Virus record (IMG/VR): IMGVR_UViG_2698536651_000010
Span: 1 to 19,760 of that record
Reading direction: 5' to 3' (one strand)
Source: a virus
Taxonomy: Duplodnaviria > Heunggongvirae > Uroviricota > Caudoviricetes
Length of the DNA stretch: 19,760 nt
The position numbers and the translations under genes are program-made. Positions 16,854 through 19,760 of this stretch are shown piece by piece. The notes below the pieces were generated by a model. The model saw only the letters and a program-made list of their open reading frames with translations. It did not search any database and was not told where the DNA came from. Within the stretch, counting starts at the first letter, position 1. The number at the start of each line of letters is the position of its first letter.

Positions 16854-17363
16854 TCACAGCAAACCAAATGAAGCACCGAGGCCAGTCACGGTATCAACTG
16901 CACTCGCCATCGCAGGATTAGCCTGTAAACGGGCCTGCAATGAAACAGCCGCCAGCGCCATCAGTCGTGTTACAGAGTTAATGCTGCTGATAGCATCACG
17001 ACGACCGGCACAGGTTTTTACATCGCCAGACACCGCACCTGCAGCAACACGCCCGATCTCTGCGGTTGCACTCATGACGTAATGTGGCAGTTTCTCTTTT
17101 GCCACCTCATTAATCGGTACACATGGCAGACAATAAATCTGTGCCAGAAAACCATCTACCAGCGTTGAATCTTCAGTCAGATCGGTAAGCAGCCAGATTT
17201 CTGGTGCGGTTAATAAATGAGGCTGAGCTGGGTTCAGCTTGTTCCGCAGAATCTGCACATTCATGCCTGCACGTTCTGCCAGTTGCACCAGATTGTGGCG
17301 CAGTGCAAATGCACGACAGGCTTCATCAAAATGTGGATGTTTGGAAACTTGGTAATCAAACAT
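16854..17363 (-). CDS. cII: CII-like lysogeny-establishment activator (phage 186 CII family)
   Basis: 169 aa from ATG 17361-17363. [20 protein letters not shown]...[13 protein letters not shown]...AGAVSG matches 186 CII closely as recalled, and the length agrees. Confidence 0.85.
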   Translation of the reverse strand: MFDYQVSKHPHFDEACRAFALRHNLVQLAERAGMNVQILRNKLNPAQPHLLTAPEIWLLTDLTEDSTLVDGFLAQIYCLPCVPINEVAKEKLPHYVMSATAEIGRVAAGAVSGDVKTCAGRRDAISSINSVTRLMALAAVSLQARLQANPAMASAVDTVTGLGASFGLL

Positions 17364-17395
17364 GGTCAATGCCTCTGATGTATTTCAGAATCGAA

Positions 17396-17617
17396 CTAAT
17401 TAAGGTTTAGATTGCATTCTGAAAGCGCATCAACGGTCATTGCTGCTATGTTGATCATCACTTTTTCGCGTTTTTTATCTTTGCGCAGACGGTGACGGAT
17501 AAGGCGTCCATCAGCCAACATGTCATTGATGGTATCGATGGATAGCCCTGTCAGCTCGCTATAGCGTTCAATAGTCACATGAGGCGTGGTAAGAGTGATT
17601 GAAATGTTAGGTCTCAT
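17396..17617 (-). CDS. Apl/Cox-like excisionase and transcriptional regulator
   Basis: 73 aa. First gene of the operon diverging from the repressor gene. HTH-like segment [21 protein letters not shown]. Assignment is mainly positional. Confidence 0.6.
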   Translation of the reverse strand: MRPNISITLTTPHVTIERYSELTGLSIDTINDMLADGRLIRHRLRKDKKREKVMINIAAMTVDALSECNLNLN

Positions 17618-17742
17618 GATGCAACATTCCTCGTTTAATGATGATTAATCAGGACGAATACGGATCGTTTGTATTTTGTGAACACCATAAACATACGATC
17701 GCACAGTGAAATCGTCAAGATAAAAGTTCACTTGGAGTGACC
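17618..17742. promoter_or_regulatory. Lysis-lysogeny switch region (early promoter pR candidate and operator-like inverted repeat)
   Basis: On the minus strand, TTGACG (plus 17713-17718), a 17-nt spacer, then TATGTT (plus 17690-17695) form a sigma70-like promoter facing apl. Imperfect inverted repeat GATCGTTTGT (17663-17672) / ACATACGATC (17691-17700) overlaps the -10, and each arm contains a GATC site. Confidence 0.5.
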
Positions 17743-18312
17743 ATGAATTTGGAGAAAGGCGGACGAGGCGCCATAGAGCGCATGGTAGAAGCTTATGGAT
17801 TCAAGACTCGACAGGCGTTGTGCGATCATTTAGGAATCTCTAAAAGTACACTCGCCACACGCTACATGCGTGACTCATTCCCAGCAGAATGGGTAATCCA
17901 GTGCGCCCTTGAAACAGGCACCTCGCTTAATTGGCTCACAACCGGGCATGGTTCAAAGCAAACTTCAGGTAATACAAATACTATGGAAGTTGCTAAATAT
18001 GTATTATCTGATGGGGCCTTGTGTGAAGACGGTTTTTATATTTTCGATAGAGAATTTCTACCGTCGGCATTCAAGAATCTTTTTGTAATCACAGATAATA
18101 ATTCTGAATTTATTTGTGATAAGGAATTTGATGATATACGTGATGGTAAATGGGTAATAAGTATTGATGGCGAAATAACGATCCGTGACATTACTCGTTT
18201 ACCCGGTGGAAGAATCTTCGTCGAGGGTGGAAACAGAGCCTTCGAATGTAAGATAGAAGACATTGAAATAATTGGTAAAATTATAAGCTTAACAGTCAAG
18301 TATGTTAAATAG
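17743..18312 (+). CDS. cI: CI-type immunity repressor (phage 186 CI family)
   Basis: 189 aa from ATG 17743 with GGAG SD (track starts at GTG 17737). N-terminal HTH-like segment ...TRQALCDHLGISKSTLATRY.... Sits between the switch region and int, transcribed toward int as in 186. Confidence 0.8.
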   Translation: MNLEKGGRGAIERMVEAYGFKTRQALCDHLGISKSTLATRYMRDSFPAEWVIQCALETGTSLNWLTTGHGSKQTSGNTNTMEVAKYVLSDGALCEDGFYIFDREFLPSAFKNLFVITDNNSEFICDKEFDDIRDGKWVISIDGEITIRDITRLPGGRIFVEGGNRAFECKIEDIEIIGKIISLTVKYVK

Positions 18313-18327
18313 TACCGGGAGGAAATT

Positions 18328-18519
18328 ATGCTTGGTAAGGTATTTTTTGTGGTTTTGTCATGTTCTTTGTTATTAAACCCACTAGCTACCTATGCTAGAA
18401 ATTATCCCTGCTCAGGGAAAAAGGGAGGTGTTTCTCACTGTACCTCTGATGGCAAATTCGTTTGCAATGATGGAACTATTAGTAAATCCAAAAAAATCTG
18501 TACTAAAAACTCACGATAA
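18328..18519 (+). CDS. Small secreted cysteine-rich protein (moron-like)
   Basis: 63 aa with strong SD (GGGAGG, 6-nt spacing). N-terminal signal-peptide-like segment [23 protein letters not shown], then a roughly 40-aa lysine-rich mature part with four Cys. AT-rich relative to flanks. Confidence 0.6.
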   Translation: MLGKVFFVVLSCSLLLNPLATYARNYPCSGKKGGVSHCTSDGKFVCNDGTISKSKKICTKNSR

Positions 18520-18707
18520 CTTTTGCTTTTATATCTGCGCCTAAAATAAAAATGAGCCACAGGTTAACCGCAAAAGTTACATGATCACATAGCAAAAAGA
18601 ATAGCCTACTTCATTATGGCTTCAGTGAGATGTATGGTCGCAGGATTTCATACATTGACACTGGTTATACATACAGTAAAAATGCTCTCTATTGGAGGGC
18701 ATTTTTT

Positions 18708-19760
18708 ATGGCTGTACGAAAACTCACCACAGGAAAATGGCTTTGCGAATGTTACCCCGCCGGACGTAGTGGGCGTCGTGTGCGTAAACAATTCGCCACC
18801 AAAGGCGAAGCACTGGCTTTTGAGCGTCACACGATGGAAGAAACCGAAGCAAAGCCCTGGCTAGGTGAATCAGTGGATCGTCGAACACTGAAAGACGTGG
18901 TTGAGCTATGGTTCAAACTACATGGTAAATCACTGACTGCTGGGCAGCATGTCTATGACAAATTGCTGCTGATGGTTGACGCTCTGGGCAATCCCCTTGC
19001 AACTGATCTAACCTCTAAAATGTTTGCCCACTATCGAGATAAACGCCTGACAGGTGAGATCTACTTCAGCGAGAAATGGAAGAAAGGAGCAAGCCCGGTC
19101 ACCATTAACCTGGAGCAAAGCTATCTAAGTAGTGTTTTTAGCGAACTATCCCGCCTGGGCGAATGGTCGTATCCGAACCCACTGGAGAACATGCGAAAAT
19201 TCACCATCGCAGAAAAAGAGATGGCATGGCTTACCCATGAGCAGATTGTTGAATTACTGGCTGATTGCAAACGTCAGGACCCAATTCTGGCACTGGTAGT
19301 TAAGATATGCTTAAGCACAGGCGCACGCTGGCGAGAAGCCGTAAATCTTACTCGTTCACAGGTGACCAAATACCGAATTACCTTTGTAAGAACGAAGGGG
19401 AAGAAAAACAGAAGCATCCCTATCAGTAAAGAGCTTTACGAAGAGATCATGGCGCTTGATGGGTTCAATTTCTTCACAGACTGCTATTTTCAATTTTTAT
19501 CCGTGATGGAAAAAACGTCTATCGTGCTCCCTCGCGGTCAACTCACACACGTTCTGCGCCATACGTTTGCGGCGCACTTCATGATGTCGGGTGGAAACAT
19601 TCTGGCCTTACAAAAAATTCTCGGACACCACGATATAAAAATGACTATGCGTTACGCACATCTGGCACCGGATCATCTGGAAACGGCGCTCCGTTTCAAT
19701 CCTCTGGCAACGCTGCCAAGTGGCGACAAAGTGGCGGCAGCGGTTGGCATTACCCCGTAA
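18708..19760 (+). CDS. int: Tyrosine integrase (P2 Int family)
   Basis: 350 aa from ATG 18708 with GGAGGG SD. N-terminus MAVRKLTTGKW... and C-terminal catalytic region ...LRHTFAAHFMMSGGNILALQKILGHHDIKMTMRYAHL with the R...HxxR...Y pattern. Stop TAA at the window end; the att site is presumably beyond it. Confidence 0.95.
   Translation: MAVRKLTTGKWLCECYPAGRSGRRVRKQFATKGEALAFERHTMEETEAKPWLGESVDRRTLKDVVELWFKLHGKSLTAGQHVYDKLLLMVDALGNPLATDLTSKMFAHYRDKRLTGEIYFSEKWKKGASPVTINLEQSYLSSVFSELSRLGEWSYPNPLENMRKFTIAEKEMAWLTHEQIVELLADCKRQDPILALVVKICLSTGARWREAVNLTRSQVTKYRITFVRTKGKKNRSIPISKELYEEIMALDGFNFFTDCYFQFLSVMEKTSIVLPRGQLTHVLRHTFAAHFMMSGGNILALQKILGHHDIKMTMRYAHLAPDHLETALRFNPLATLPSGDKVAAAVGITP

Noticed and set aside
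18616-18864. 82-aa ORF and the 26-aa N-terminal extension of the integrase ORF (track start 18630)
   Set aside because: The ATG at 18708 has a good SD and yields the canonical P2-Int N-terminus. The upstream extension has no RBS and the 82-aa ORF is an overlapping alternate frame.
1-19760. CRISPR arrays, tRNA or rRNA genes, insertion sequences
   Set aside because: I found no regularly spaced direct repeats with spacers, no tRNA-like cloverleaf near the integrase end (the att site is probably beyond 19760), and no transposase-like ORFs or terminal inverted repeats.

Overview
This window is a P2/186-family temperate prophage of an enterobacterial host, read in reverse prophage orientation, and it looks partly decayed. 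Left to right: tail fiber assembly gene (broken by an in-frame stop), tail fiber gpH, baseplate gpI, a C-terminally truncated capsid scaffold gpO abutting gpI (the N-to-J morphogenesis block appears deleted), divergent terminase ATPase gpP and portal gpQ, then an AT-rich cargo island, then a LexA-controlled small-ORF/DinI-like operon, the early operon (RepA, Dam, TraR-like, three small ORFs, CII, Apl/Cox) and the 186-type CI repressor, a small secreted protein and the integrase. The cargo island sits in the known P2 variable region between portal and replication genes and carries two recognisable anti-phage systems: a retron (NDT-like effector, msr-msd ncRNA with a1/a2 repeats, RT) and a SIR2-HerA pair. 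I see nothing that is clearly a new system; the most unusual points are the effector-ncRNA-RT gene order, a cos-like motif separating the two defence loci, and the scaffold-baseplate deletion junction. All calls rest on reading the sequence and recalled family motifs; no searches were run.
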